Part shown: piece after piece, positions 1-8,828 of the stretch
How the letters are laid out: each line of letters starts with the position of its first letter
How positions within the stretch are numbered: the first letter of the stretch is position 1
Assembly: GCA_038256935.1 (NCBI GenBank)
Contig: JBBSJV010000002.1
Coordinates: 1 to 41,001, forward strand
Source of the DNA: Patescibacteria group bacterium
GTDB lineage: Bacteria > Patescibacteriota > JACMRA01
Reading direction: 5' to 3'
Length of the DNA stretch: 41,001 bases
Notes under the pieces: generated by a model
The model's input: the letters and a program-made list of their open reading frames with translations, nothing else
The model's database searches: none
Told to the model about the DNA's origin: nothing
Program-made: the position numbers and the translations under genes

Positions 1-12
1 ATTTGTGACATA

Positions 13-924
13 TTAATAGAATCTAATTTGATCCCTAAGCATTCCAGTATTTATAGAATAAACACCACAGATTGTAAGTCTACCGTGACCAATAATAGCC
101 TTCATATTGCTCCAACCATAACGCCTCATGGAAATACCTCCGCTGTATCTTAGTGCACATCTTGTTGCTATAGACCAAGCGTACACTTTGTTAACTCTAG
201 CAGTGTCTAAATAAAAGGAAAAATCACAAGGACTATTACCATTTAATTCTGCATTATCAGTAGCTGTTCTCCCGACCCAATTAGCACGGTATCCGTAATA
301 GCTGTAAACTTGATAACCAAGCCACTCATTAAACACTGTTTCATAACTGCAGTTTTCCCACCAAGCAGCTTCTGCTTCAACTGTTAAATTTTTGTATTGA
401 CCTTCTAAGATAGCATATAAATCATTAATCTTTTTGTTGGATTCAACGAAACCCTCTAGCTGGAGAAACTGAGTCTCGGTTAAGGTTGTTGGATTATATT
501 GAGGCCCAAAGTGAGAAATAATATATTTGTATATAATTTTTTGAATTTTAATGGCTGCATTTCTGGATCTAGCATCGGAATAAGCATAACTTAAATCAAT
601 TTGATTCTCTTGAACAGCAAGATACTCTAAAGCATTTAATTGCTCAATTTCATTGAAGTAAATATCTAGTTCAAGATTTGCGTTTTCAGCACTTTCAAAT
701 GAAGTTTGATAATTTTGAGATAACCGCTTGATTTTATTATTTTGTTTTATTTTTACTAGCTCGTTTGACTCATTTTTAGATAATACTTTTTCATTAATTT
801 TTTGCTCAATTGCTAAGTCTTGAAATGGTTTTGCTAAAGTATCAACAGAAATAAAAAGGGTTGATATTACCATTACTAGTAAACAAGAGGTGATAATTTT
901 GGAAGCTTTATTATAAATAGACAT
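13..924 (-). CDS. secreted/anchored hypothetical protein with a Cys-containing, aromatic-rich C-terminal domain
   Basis: 303-aa ORF. Hydrophobic N-terminal segment (SCLLVMVISTLFISV) consistent with a signal peptide or anchor. No family motif recognised. Confidence 0.6.
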   Translation of the reverse strand: MSIYNKASKIITSCLLVMVISTLFISVDTLAKPFQDLAIEQKINEKVLSKNESNELVKIKQNNKIKRLSQNYQTSFESAENANLELDIYFNEIEQLNALEYLAVQENQIDLSYAYSDARSRNAAIKIQKIIYKYIISHFGPQYNPTTLTETQFLQLEGFVESNKKINDLYAILEGQYKNLTVEAEAAWWENCSYETVFNEWLGYQVYSYYGYRANWVGRTATDNAELNGNSPCDFSFYLDTARVNKVYAWSIATRCALRYSGGISMRRYGWSNMKAIIGHGRLTICGVYSINTGMLRDQIRFY

Positions 925-1109
925 AATGGACTGGTTGTTTTAACAACACAACTAACACATAAAGAACAACTTTTTGTCAAATGTAAAAGTTATAGCTAAG
1001 CCATACATGACTTAGACAAAGAAAGCCACAACTACAACCGCAACATCACAGATAAATTAAGCATTAAAAAGCTTGCGAGTTTTGTGCGCACTGTATAGGC
1101 TAGTTGTAA

Positions 1110-1832
1110 TTACAAATGAAAAACAGTTTTAGGATTTTTCTCACTTTGCGAACCTTCAAAATACGGAGCTTGGTTTTGGTCTAGATCTAATATGACTTTA
1201 CCATCCCAGATTTTAACGATTTTATCTGCAGCTCTGACGTTTTCATAATCGTGAGTGACAAGAATAACCAAGGCGTTTTTGGCAGCTTCTCTGAGTAATG
1301 AGATGATTTTGCGACCAGTTACATGATCTAGACTTGAAGTTGGTTCATCTACAAAAATCACTTTTGGCCTGTTTGCTAAGGCTCTTGCTATAGCTACTCT
1401 CTGTCTTTGACCTCCTGATAGTTGGTAGGGTTTTTTATTGCGAATATGGCTGATTCTAAGCTCTTCGATAAGATAATTCATGTAGTTTATATCTACTCCA
1501 GAGCCATCAAATCCAACCATGATATTTTGAGCTACAGTTAGGTAACTAATTAGAAAATGGAACTGAAAGACAAAACCCATTTCACGCCTTCGTAGCTGAT
1601 TGCGTAGTGAAGTCTGGTGAGGCAGGGGAACTCCTCTGTACAAAATCTGACCACTGGTTGGAACCTTTATTCCCGACATCACATAGAGTAGGGAGGTTTT
1701 ACCAGAACCAGAAGGGCCAATTACTCCGATAAGTCCAGTTTCTGGAAGTTCTAAATTGATATCAGAAAGGGCGTTAATAGTATTGCCCCCGTCTTTGTAG
1801 CTTAAGCCGACATTGTTTAATTGATATATCAT
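1110..1832 (-). CDS. ABC transporter ATP-binding protein (MacB/LolD/FtsE-like)
   Basis: Walker A GPSGSGKTS, ABC signature LSGGQRQRVAIARAL, Walker B VIFVDEPTSSLD. ATGA overlap with the upstream permease gene. Confidence 0.92.
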   Translation of the reverse strand: MIYQLNNVGLSYKDGGNTINALSDINLELPETGLIGVIGPSGSGKTSLLYVMSGIKVPTSGQILYRGVPLPHQTSLRNQLRRREMGFVFQFHFLISYLTVAQNIMVGFDGSGVDINYMNYLIEELRISHIRNKKPYQLSGGQRQRVAIARALANRPKVIFVDEPTSSLDHVTGRKIISLLREAAKNALVILVTHDYENVRAADKIVKIWDGKVILDLDQNQAPYFEGSQSEKNPKTVFHL

Positions 1833-2992
1833 AACCTTTTTTCAATAACTTGGATCGAGTCCATTTTAAGTAAATTCCAAACCATAGTCAGCATGGAAAA
1901 GCTAACCACAGCCAATGGTATTGGAAGAGAATATATCATAGTATCAAGATCAAAAATTGTAAGTACATCTAATCCCTTTGCCTCCATGATTGTCTCATTA
2001 AGCATATTAAATATAAGTTGAGTAAATATTAGTCCTGTAATCCAAGCAACTAAGGTCATACCAAACAGTTCAAAGTTTGATTTTTTAATAATATATAACT
2101 TACCATAGCCAATAGCTGATAGTAGGCCAAACTCGCGCATCCTCTGAGAGAAAAATATAATTTGTAACAAGCCAACAGAAAGTGCGATAACAATACTTAC
2201 AACTAGAGTAATGACAACTTTTATTTGATTATAAATTGAGTAATTTTGAGCTAGAAAATCGGCGTAATTGTACTGAGTCCATAACACAAGTCCTGGCTCC
2301 GTTTCAACTAACTTAACTAATCTTTGGTGCAATTCATATTCTTTGCCTTTGACTGGTTGGATCAGAATTAAATCTTGAGCAAGGTCTGGATTTTGCTGGC
2401 TAAATTGCTGCATGTAAGTAAGATTTCCAAATCCACCTGAAACATATTTGTCACTAAGTGAGCCAACAATTTTGAACTGACCATATAGGCTTTCATCTTT
2501 ATCTACAAAAGACCCAATCTCATCACCTACGCTAAGACCTTTATTTAGTAAGATGTTTTTGGATAAAATGATTTCATTGGTGTTTTCTCTAGGCATTCGA
2601 CCCTCTATAATCTCCCAACCCATTTGATTACTATATTCTTTATAAAAACTACTTTCTATAAAATCTACAAATCTAGGGGTTTCACCAAGTGGTGTAAGTA
2701 CATAAGTCTTTTGTCTATAAAAATTTGTAACTATTTTATCGGTTTGACTGTAGCTTTGAATTTCATTGTAAAGATCTACTTTTGTTGTGTCAGGGTCACT
2801 CAGGCTTCCAACCTGCAAACTATAATATTGTTTGTAGTATTCAATAAACTTGTTGGTCTCTTTATTAACAAAGTTTAATAAGGTTGAACCTGTAATCAAA
2901 GCAAAAACAGATAGTGTGATAATAATTACAACGGGAATGATTTTAGATTTGTTATTTAGATAATAAGCCCAGATAGATAGGGGTTTTAGCAT
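1829..2992 (-). CDS. ABC transporter permease, FtsX/MacB-type
   Basis: N-terminal TM helix, large extracytoplasmic domain, then a C-terminal 3-TM FtsX-like block (REFGLLSAIGYGK...). Translationally coupled to the ATPase. Confidence 0.8.
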   Translation of the reverse strand: MLKPLSIWAYYLNNKSKIIPVVIIITLSVFALITGSTLLNFVNKETNKFIEYYKQYYSLQVGSLSDPDTTKVDLYNEIQSYSQTDKIVTNFYRQKTYVLTPLGETPRFVDFIESSFYKEYSNQMGWEIIEGRMPRENTNEIILSKNILLNKGLSVGDEIGSFVDKDESLYGQFKIVGSLSDKYVSGGFGNLTYMQQFSQQNPDLAQDLILIQPVKGKEYELHQRLVKLVETEPGLVLWTQYNYADFLAQNYSIYNQIKVVITLVVSIVIALSVGLLQIIFFSQRMREFGLLSAIGYGKLYIIKKSNFELFGMTLVAWITGLIFTQLIFNMLNETIMEAKGLDVLTIFDLDTMIYSLPIPLAVVSFSMLTMVWNLLKMDSIQVIEKRL

Positions 2993-3071
2993 AAAATTAT
3001 TTTTGTTTTAGTTTTGCAGGCAATTTAATTATAACAGCCTAAAATTTTTTAGGCAAACTGTCCTGATTTGT

Positions 3072-4307
3072 TTATTTTACAGCACAGGGCTGGTTTCTAT
3101 AACAGACAAAAACGGCTTGACTTGGAATTCTAAAATCGATATAAGCAATTCTCCCTGCTATTTGCTCATCAGCTAAGGTACTATTAAATACCCCTCTCAA
3201 TCTTGACTCTAGGTTTTGTCTTGGAATAGTTGTAAAGTCAGAGCTAAAATACAATGTGGTGCCAGTATTGGTCATTAATTGTACATCGGTATCAGTCATA
3301 CTGGGGAATTGGGTAGAGATAATTTCCACCCCTGGTTGCTCTTCAAAAAACACCCATAATACATTAGTAAACCAGACTCGGTTCAACTGATCAATATCTG
3401 CTTCTAGATCATAATCTTTGAACGTCGCGTTTAATCTACTATAGGTTATTGGTCTTTGAACGTGGATTAGCTGCTCATTTAGCCCCGCCTTATCTTCTGT
3501 AAAGACTCTTCCACTTTGGCTTATTCGCCAGCTCCGCCTTTGGCTATTTTCTTGAATAGAAAGAGTGGCCAGTATTGGTTCTGTGTGAATTTCAAGGATA
3601 GCTTTATTCGGCCAGATTCTTTCTTTTACATTGACTCTATTAATCTCTGGAACTGCCTTATCAGCCGAGATGGTTAAATTTCTATCATTTAAAAACCAAA
3701 ATTGATTTTCAGGTAAAACTCCACCTGTCTTACTAGTTGAAAACCGAGTTAAAATAGCTTCAATTTCCTCTTCTTCCAAATAACTATTAGGGCCAAAAGT
3801 TACTTCATAATTGGTTACCAAAAAATACTGATCGAAAAAACTAATGTAGATAAAAGAACCTGTGACTCCTAGTAACAAAATCGATACAATTATCCAATTT
3901 AAAAAACTGAATATTTTAAACTTTAATAGGGTGTAATTAAACTTCTTGAATCTGTTTGAGAGAGTAAACCCACCAAATACTTTTGAAAATCCAGGAAAAT
4001 TACTAACCGCCTGCATTGTCTTAGACGGTTTTGCTTTGGGGCTATGGAGGTAAGATTGTAAGTCAATACCTTTGGCGGGTTTCAAAACCCTCATTTTAGA
4101 ATCCTCTTTGTACCTAGGTTTATTTCTCGAGATTCTTGTAGAAGTTTGCTTTTTATTACTAGAGAGGTCGTTTATGTCTTTTTTGTTACCTCTGATTTGG
4201 TGGTTTTGAGAACTCAGTTTTTGCTGGATTTGCCTTTTTTCCACAAAGCTTTGCCACCAGTTGGGCTTCTGTCTTTTTGGAATTGGTTTAGGGTTATTTC
4301 CAGGCAT
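3072..4307 (-). CDS. ftsQ: cell division protein FtsQ/DivIB-like (POTRA) with a long basic N-terminal extension
   Basis: Single TM helix followed by a POTRA-like segment (YEVTFGPNSYLEEEEIEAIL ... VKERIWPNKAILEIHTEPILATL). Starts 2 nt after the ftsK stop. Confidence 0.62.
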   Translation of the reverse strand: MPGNNPKPIPKRQKPNWWQSFVEKRQIQQKLSSQNHQIRGNKKDINDLSSNKKQTSTRISRNKPRYKEDSKMRVLKPAKGIDLQSYLHSPKAKPSKTMQAVSNFPGFSKVFGGFTLSNRFKKFNYTLLKFKIFSFLNWIIVSILLLGVTGSFIYISFFDQYFLVTNYEVTFGPNSYLEEEEIEAILTRFSTSKTGGVLPENQFWFLNDRNLTISADKAVPEINRVNVKERIWPNKAILEIHTEPILATLSIQENSQRRSWRISQSGRVFTEDKAGLNEQLIHVQRPITYSRLNATFKDYDLEADIDQLNRVWFTNVLWVFFEEQPGVEIISTQFPSMTDTDVQLMTNTGTTLYFSSDFTTIPRQNLESRLRGVFNSTLADEQIAGRIAYIDFRIPSQAVFVCYRNQPCAVK

Positions 4308-4309
4308 TT

Positions 4310-6493
4310 TTAATCTGCATTTTGAACTAATACTTCTCTAGGCTTACTGCCATTTGTGGGGCCAACTATTCCATCTTCTTCTAGCATCTCAATCATTTTC
4401 CTTGCCTTAGGGTAGCCAATTCCAAAGGCAGTTTGCAACATACTAGTGCTAGCTGCTTGTTTATGGATGACAAATTTTTGAATTTTTTGATACAGATCTT
4501 CACTCTCATCTTCTCTACTATCCATCAGACCTGGAACTATGAGCTTAGTTTTAGGAGATTCTGTTACTTCAGGGCGAAGGTTTGTGACTGAATTGTTGTT
4601 TTGAGCCTGTTCCCGCCAAAAATTAACCACTTTTCGTATCTCATATTCTTCGACAAAACAGCTCTGGAATCTAACTGGTTTGATTGTACTTGCTGACATA
4701 AACAACCCATCTCCTTGACCAAGTAACTTTTCAGCACCTCCTTGATCCAAGATAACTCTAGAATCTATTTGTGAAGCTACTGTAAAGGCGATACGAGATG
4801 GAACATTGGCTTTGATAAGTCCAGTTACAACTTGTGTGTCAGGTCTTTGGGTTCCAAGGACAAGATGGATTCCCACAGCTCTAGACATCTGAGTCAGCCT
4901 TACAATTATAGGCTCTACTTCATTTTTGGCCATGATCATCAGATCCCCAAGCTCATCGATTACAATCACTATAAAAGGAATGGGCTCTAAATCTGCAATT
5001 TTAGTTGTCAGGGCAAATTCATTGTAGTCTTCTAAGTTTCTTTTCCCATATTCTTCTAATATTTTATATCTGCGATCCATTTCTAGTACTGCCCATTTCA
5101 AAGCATTGATAGCTTTTTCAGCATCGGTTATAACTGGAGCAAGAAGGTGGGGAATATGATCATAAAGCTTCAATTCTACTCGTTTCATATCCATCAAAAT
5201 CATCTCTAACTCCCCTGGTGTATAACGATACAGTAGACTAACTAGCATGGAATTGATCCAAACCGATTTACCACTTCCAGTAGCTCCTGCAACTAGAAGA
5301 TGAGGAGTTTTGGTAATTGATCTTATCAAACTATTTCCAGCTACATCAGTACCTAGTGGAACGGGCAGGGGCTGATCAAACTGAGTAAACTTTTTGGTTT
5401 GAATGACATCTCTGAGCCTGACAATGGATTTGATTTTATTCGGGATTTCAATACCCACCAGGCTTTTTCCAGGAATTGGAGCTTCAAGCCTCATACTACT
5501 TGCTGCCAAAGTCAAAGCTAAATCTCTTTGCAGGCTATCGATAGAAGATAATTTCACACCACTGGCTGGCTTTAAGGTATATTGAGTTACTGTTGGCCCT
5601 GTCACAACATCTGCCATCTCAACTTGTATTCCAAAGTTGCCTAGAGTTTCTTTAATTGCTTTTTTGTTACCTTCCACGTCCCCAGGTTCAGATTTAGTAA
5701 AGTTTTCTCTGAGCATGTCAAAGCGAGGTAGTTTCCAGTTATAATCTAAGCTGTGCATAGATTGTTTACGAGTCTTTTCGCTGTCTATAACTGGACTTAC
5801 TGGGGTTTTGGATTCATTAGAAGTAGCTTCAGACTTTGCTTTACGGGTTAGTTTTTTTTCTTCATCCAAAGACTCAGGAACTTCAGTAATAGGTATACCG
5901 TCATGTCTCCAAGCTTCAAAAATATCTGGTACTAGACCCCAGACTTTAGAAGGATTTTGCAAACTATCTTGAATGGTATCGATAAATTCAGAAAAGGTTA
6001 GCTGGGAAATCAAGAAAAACCCAAACAAGCCAATAGAAAACAACATGATAAAACCTCCTATCATGCCAAAATTGCCTAAGATAACTGGGTAAAAGACATA
6101 ACCAATAAGACCCCCTCCTTTTTCGATAGAATTTAGATTATCCACTGAGAAAAATATATTCATCAAACCTGTAATGGAGGCAATCATCATAGAAATACCC
6201 CAAAATAATCTAGCATTAAGGTCTTCAGCAAGTTTTATATTTTTTTGAAGTCTTAAAAGAATTAATCCAGTCCAAGCTAGTCCAAATGGTAATAAAATTG
6301 CTAACTTTCCAAGAAGTAAGATCACGAGCTGTCCAATAGCAGCTCCAAAAGCACCAGTGATGCGACCTTGTCCATCAACAATTGATAAAAGGCTCAAAAT
6401 TGAAAGGGCAAAACTAGAGATAATGCCCAGTGTAATTTTAGCTTGAATGTCTAGTTTTGGGGATAATTTCTTGATTTGAGAGAATAAGTTCAT
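4310..6493 (-). CDS. ftsK: DNA translocase FtsK/SpoIIIE
   Basis: N-terminal multi-TM region, Walker A GATGSGKS, motor-domain motifs (VIVIDELGDLM, GTQRP) and a C-terminal gamma-like winged-helix tail. Confidence 0.95.
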   Translation of the reverse strand: MNLFSQIKKLSPKLDIQAKITLGIISSFALSILSLLSIVDGQGRITGAFGAAIGQLVILLLGKLAILLPFGLAWTGLILLRLQKNIKLAEDLNARLFWGISMMIASITGLMNIFFSVDNLNSIEKGGGLIGYVFYPVILGNFGMIGGFIMLFSIGLFGFFLISQLTFSEFIDTIQDSLQNPSKVWGLVPDIFEAWRHDGIPITEVPESLDEEKKLTRKAKSEATSNESKTPVSPVIDSEKTRKQSMHSLDYNWKLPRFDMLRENFTKSEPGDVEGNKKAIKETLGNFGIQVEMADVVTGPTVTQYTLKPASGVKLSSIDSLQRDLALTLAASSMRLEAPIPGKSLVGIEIPNKIKSIVRLRDVIQTKKFTQFDQPLPVPLGTDVAGNSLIRSITKTPHLLVAGATGSGKSVWINSMLVSLLYRYTPGELEMILMDMKRVELKLYDHIPHLLAPVITDAEKAINALKWAVLEMDRRYKILEEYGKRNLEDYNEFALTTKIADLEPIPFIVIVIDELGDLMIMAKNEVEPIIVRLTQMSRAVGIHLVLGTQRPDTQVVTGLIKANVPSRIAFTVASQIDSRVILDQGGAEKLLGQGDGLFMSASTIKPVRFQSCFVEEYEIRKVVNFWREQAQNNNSVTNLRPEVTESPKTKLIVPGLMDSREDESEDLYQKIQKFVIHKQAASTSMLQTAFGIGYPKARKMIEMLEEDGIVGPTNGSKPREVLVQNAD

Positions 6494-6533
6494 ATTAAAG
6501 ATTGGCTTTTAAAACAAACTCTGATGGGGTGGA

Positions 6534-6550
6534 ATTGTCAAAATTAAATT
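6534..6550 (+). repeat. 17-nt direct repeat, left copy (ATTGTCAAAATTAAATT)
   Basis: Identical 17-mer recurs at 6650-6666. The two copies flank the GC-rich element copy C1. Confidence 0.85.
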
Positions 6551-6581
6551 TGATATCCAAGTGAAAGTGAAGAACCAAAAA

Positions 6582-6656
6582 GTCCCGATCAAGTCGGGCC
6601 CCTTCGGTTCGTTTCTTGCAGAAACTAGCACCCTGCCTCGCCGGCGGGCATTGTCA
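6582..6656 (+). repeat. GC-rich three-hairpin element, copy C1, upstream of murG
   Basis: Near-identical to 14093-14167 and similar to the reverse complement of 22256-22310. Contains CCCGA-TCAAG-TCGGG, GTTTC-TTGCA-GAAAC and TGCCTCGCCGGCGGGCA, and ends in TTGTCA. Confidence 0.8.
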
Positions 6657-6666
6657 AAATTAAATT
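6650..6666 (+). repeat. 17-nt direct repeat, right copy (ATTGTCAAAATTAAATT)
   Basis: Identical to 6534-6550. Overlaps the putative -35 box of murG. Confidence 0.85.
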
Positions 6667-6679
6667 AAAGTTGTAATTT
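6651..6679 (+). promoter_or_regulatory. putative sigma70-type promoter of murG
   Basis: -35 TTGTCA (6651-6656), 17-nt spacer, -10 TAATTT (6674-6679). Only 7 nt lie between the -10 and ATG 6687, and there is no SD. Confidence 0.4.
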
Positions 6680-6686
6680 AGAATAA

Positions 6687-7829
6687 ATGGCTAAAAACTT
6701 TTTCTTACTTGCCGGGCGAACGGGTGGGCCGTATTTTCCGCTTCCTCGCTATATTAGTGAGTTTGATGACCTGAATCCTGTAATTGTTGGAGTAAGAGGC
6801 GGGTTTGAGGAAAAAGCAGCCAAAACCAACAAGCTAGATTTTGAGGCTTTACCTGAAGTAAAATTATCGATCTTAAGTTTTAAAAAGCAAAAGCTAGGTG
6901 AACTTATTAGAAACTGGTTTAATTTTTTTATTAGCTGGTTTATCTTGGCATTTTCGCTGTTAAAATCTATTTTTTTGGTTCTCAAATACAAACCAGCCAT
7001 GATCGTGACAACTGGAAGCTTTTTAAATGCTCCAATGATTCTAGCTCATCAAGTAGTGAGTTTTGTTGGTCTTACCAAAACATTAATAGTAGTGCATCAA
7101 CAAGATCCCCAGCCAGGTCTTGCAAATAGGTTTGCATCCAAATATGCTGACTCTCTATCATGTGTATTTAAGTATACCAAAGAAAAATACCCTCAATTCA
7201 AAAACGCTGAGCTAATCCCAAACCCAATGCTGACAACTGAATACAGCCATGATACGACCTCAGCTATCGCTAAATTGCAAGAACTCAACCCAGATTTAGC
7301 AGAGTTTGTAATCAGTGATATTGGTAAACCAATGCTGTTTGTCTTTGGTGGCGGAAGTGGCGCCCTCGATATTAATAACTGGGTGGATAAAAATTTTGAT
7401 AGGCTATTGGGCCAGTTTAAAATCATTCATTTGATTGGCATGTTTCAGTCCCAAAGCTTTGAGCATCTTAAGCACAGTGATTATTTTGCTTGTGATTATT
7501 TATTAGCTGAAATGCCACTTATCCTTGGCTTGTCTGATTTGGTCTTAGCAAGGGCAGGTCTTGCTACTATTACAGAGCTAAGTTTCTTACAAAAACCAGG
7601 GTACTTGGCCCCACTTCCTCACTCTCACCAAGAAGTAAATGCCAAGTTAGTGGCTGATCACTTTGTGATACTGGATGGAAAAGATAGAGACTCTTGGCTA
7701 GGTGAAATCGAGAGGACTTATCCATTATTTTTTACAAAAATTAATTATCCAGAGCCTGCTGAAGTGGAAAACAAGCTTCAAATTTACTTTGATAACCTTA
7801 GAGAGAAGCTTGACAAAAATGGGAAATAA
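6687..7829 (+). CDS. murG: MurG-like undecaprenyl-PP-MurNAc-pentapeptide GlcNAc transferase (GT28)
   Basis: N-terminal G-loop variant AGRTGGPYFPL. C-terminal ARAGLATITEL...PLPHSHQEVNAKL resembles the MurG donor-binding region. Confidence 0.75.
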   Translation: MAKNFFLLAGRTGGPYFPLPRYISEFDDLNPVIVGVRGGFEEKAAKTNKLDFEALPEVKLSILSFKKQKLGELIRNWFNFFISWFILAFSLLKSIFLVLKYKPAMIVTTGSFLNAPMILAHQVVSFVGLTKTLIVVHQQDPQPGLANRFASKYADSLSCVFKYTKEKYPQFKNAELIPNPMLTTEYSHDTTSAIAKLQELNPDLAEFVISDIGKPMLFVFGGGSGALDINNWVDKNFDRLLGQFKIIHLIGMFQSQSFEHLKHSDYFACDYLLAEMPLILGLSDLVLARAGLATITELSFLQKPGYLAPLPHSHQEVNAKLVADHFVILDGKDRDSWLGEIERTYPLFFTKINYPEPAEVENKLQIYFDNLREKLDKNGK

Positions 7830-7906
7830 AAGCAGTAATTAGCTATTACTGAAGTAATTGATTTTAGAATTTTAATTTGAATTAAAAGATATTTCAGTAA
7901 TAAGAT

Positions 7907-7980
7907 GCGGGTGTAGTTTAATGGTAGAATAGAGGTCTCCAAAACCTTTGGCGTGGGTTCGATTCCTACCACCCGTGCCA
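7907..7980 (+). tRNA. tRNA-Trp: tRNA-Trp (anticodon CCA), CCA end encoded
   Basis: Cloverleaf folded by hand. Acceptor GCGGGTG/CACCCGT, anticodon loop CTCCAAA, T-arm GTGGG-TTCGATT-CCTAC, discriminator G plus CCA. Confidence 0.9.
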
Positions 7981-8004
7981 TCGTCGTAACAAACTTCATT
8001 ATTC

Positions 8005-8307
8005 CAATCTGCCTTTTAGGCAGATATTTCATTATTACGTTTGTTACTCCTCTACCCCACAAATCGACAGATTTGCGTGGTCCCCATTTTAAAAAACAAA
8101 AGCTACATCGCTACGTTTTTGCTCCTCTCCCCCACAAAATATGCATTTTGCAGGGACCCCGTTTCAATAATTTAAAACCACAATCTGCCCTTCAGGCAGA
8201 TATTTCATTTTGTACATAAATTTTTTATCTGCCCCACAAGTCGACAGATTTGCGTGGACCCCGTTTAAAAATTCCGTCACTACAATCTGCCTTTTAGGCA
8301 GATATTT
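8005..8307 (+). repeat. alternating array of two hairpin repeat types (A x3, B x3) downstream of tRNA-Trp
   Basis: Type A is CAATCTGCC-loop-GGCAGATATTT at 8005-8033, 8181-8209 and 8283-8307. Type B is CCCCACAA(A/G)TCGACAGATTTGCGTGG(T/A)CCCC at 8055-8090 and 8232-8266, with a diverged copy at 8123-8164. Confidence 0.8.
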
Positions 8308-8322
8308 TTCTCTAATCTTTTA

Positions 8323-8676
8323 TTATCCCTGCCACACTTCTATAGTTTTTGAATCGTATAATCCATTGAATAAAATTTTAACACAAATATTCAAACTATC
8401 TTCGTCTAAAGAATTTTGAAGATCCGTCAATTTTTTTACAAATGTATACAAATGATCGACATTTTGACTATAACTTAAATCAAAACTGCAAATAAAGCTA
8501 TTCCAAAATTTAGTATTATAAATGATGTCAGGGTTTAAATTGTATTCTTCTGATATGTTTTTTTTCAGTTTTTCAGTTTTTTTAAAATCAGTTTTATCAT
8601 CTAATGATAGTTCATAAAACATATTTACTATTATTACCTGAAAAAATGTTATGTCCGTTTCGTTAATTTTTACCAC
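8323..8676 (-). CDS. hypothetical protein (very AT-rich orphan ORF)
   Basis: 117-aa ORF with no recognisable motif. Coding status rests on ORF length only. Confidence 0.4.
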   Translation of the reverse strand: MVKINETDITFFQVIIVNMFYELSLDDKTDFKKTEKLKKNISEEYNLNPDIIYNTKFWNSFICSFDLSYSQNVDHLYTFVKKLTDLQNSLDEDSLNICVKILFNGLYDSKTIEVWQG

Positions 8677-8828
8677 ATTTTAACATATAATCGTATTTTT
8701 TATGTAAAAGATAATTTTGAAAACAATTATGTTTAGCTTTAAAAATATAAAGGTATTAACCGCATATACAATCTAAGAGTCACAATAAAATTTAGACATA
8801 ATTTTACTTTTTCTTTAACTTTGATTGT

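Noticed and set aside
8055-8266. Type B hairpins considered as degenerate duplicates of the tRNA-Trp 3' half (att-like), because TTTGCGTGG(T/A)CCCC resembles TTTGGCGTGGGTTCG.
   Set aside because: The similarity is limited to about 10 nt with gaps, and the acceptor-stem sequence is not repeated. That is insufficient to call an integration att site.
8005-8307. CRISPR array.
   Set aside because: Two different repeat types alternate. Spacing is irregular (about 20-75 nt gaps), copies are imperfect, and there are no cas genes. The structure fits a dispersed hairpin array rather than a CRISPR.
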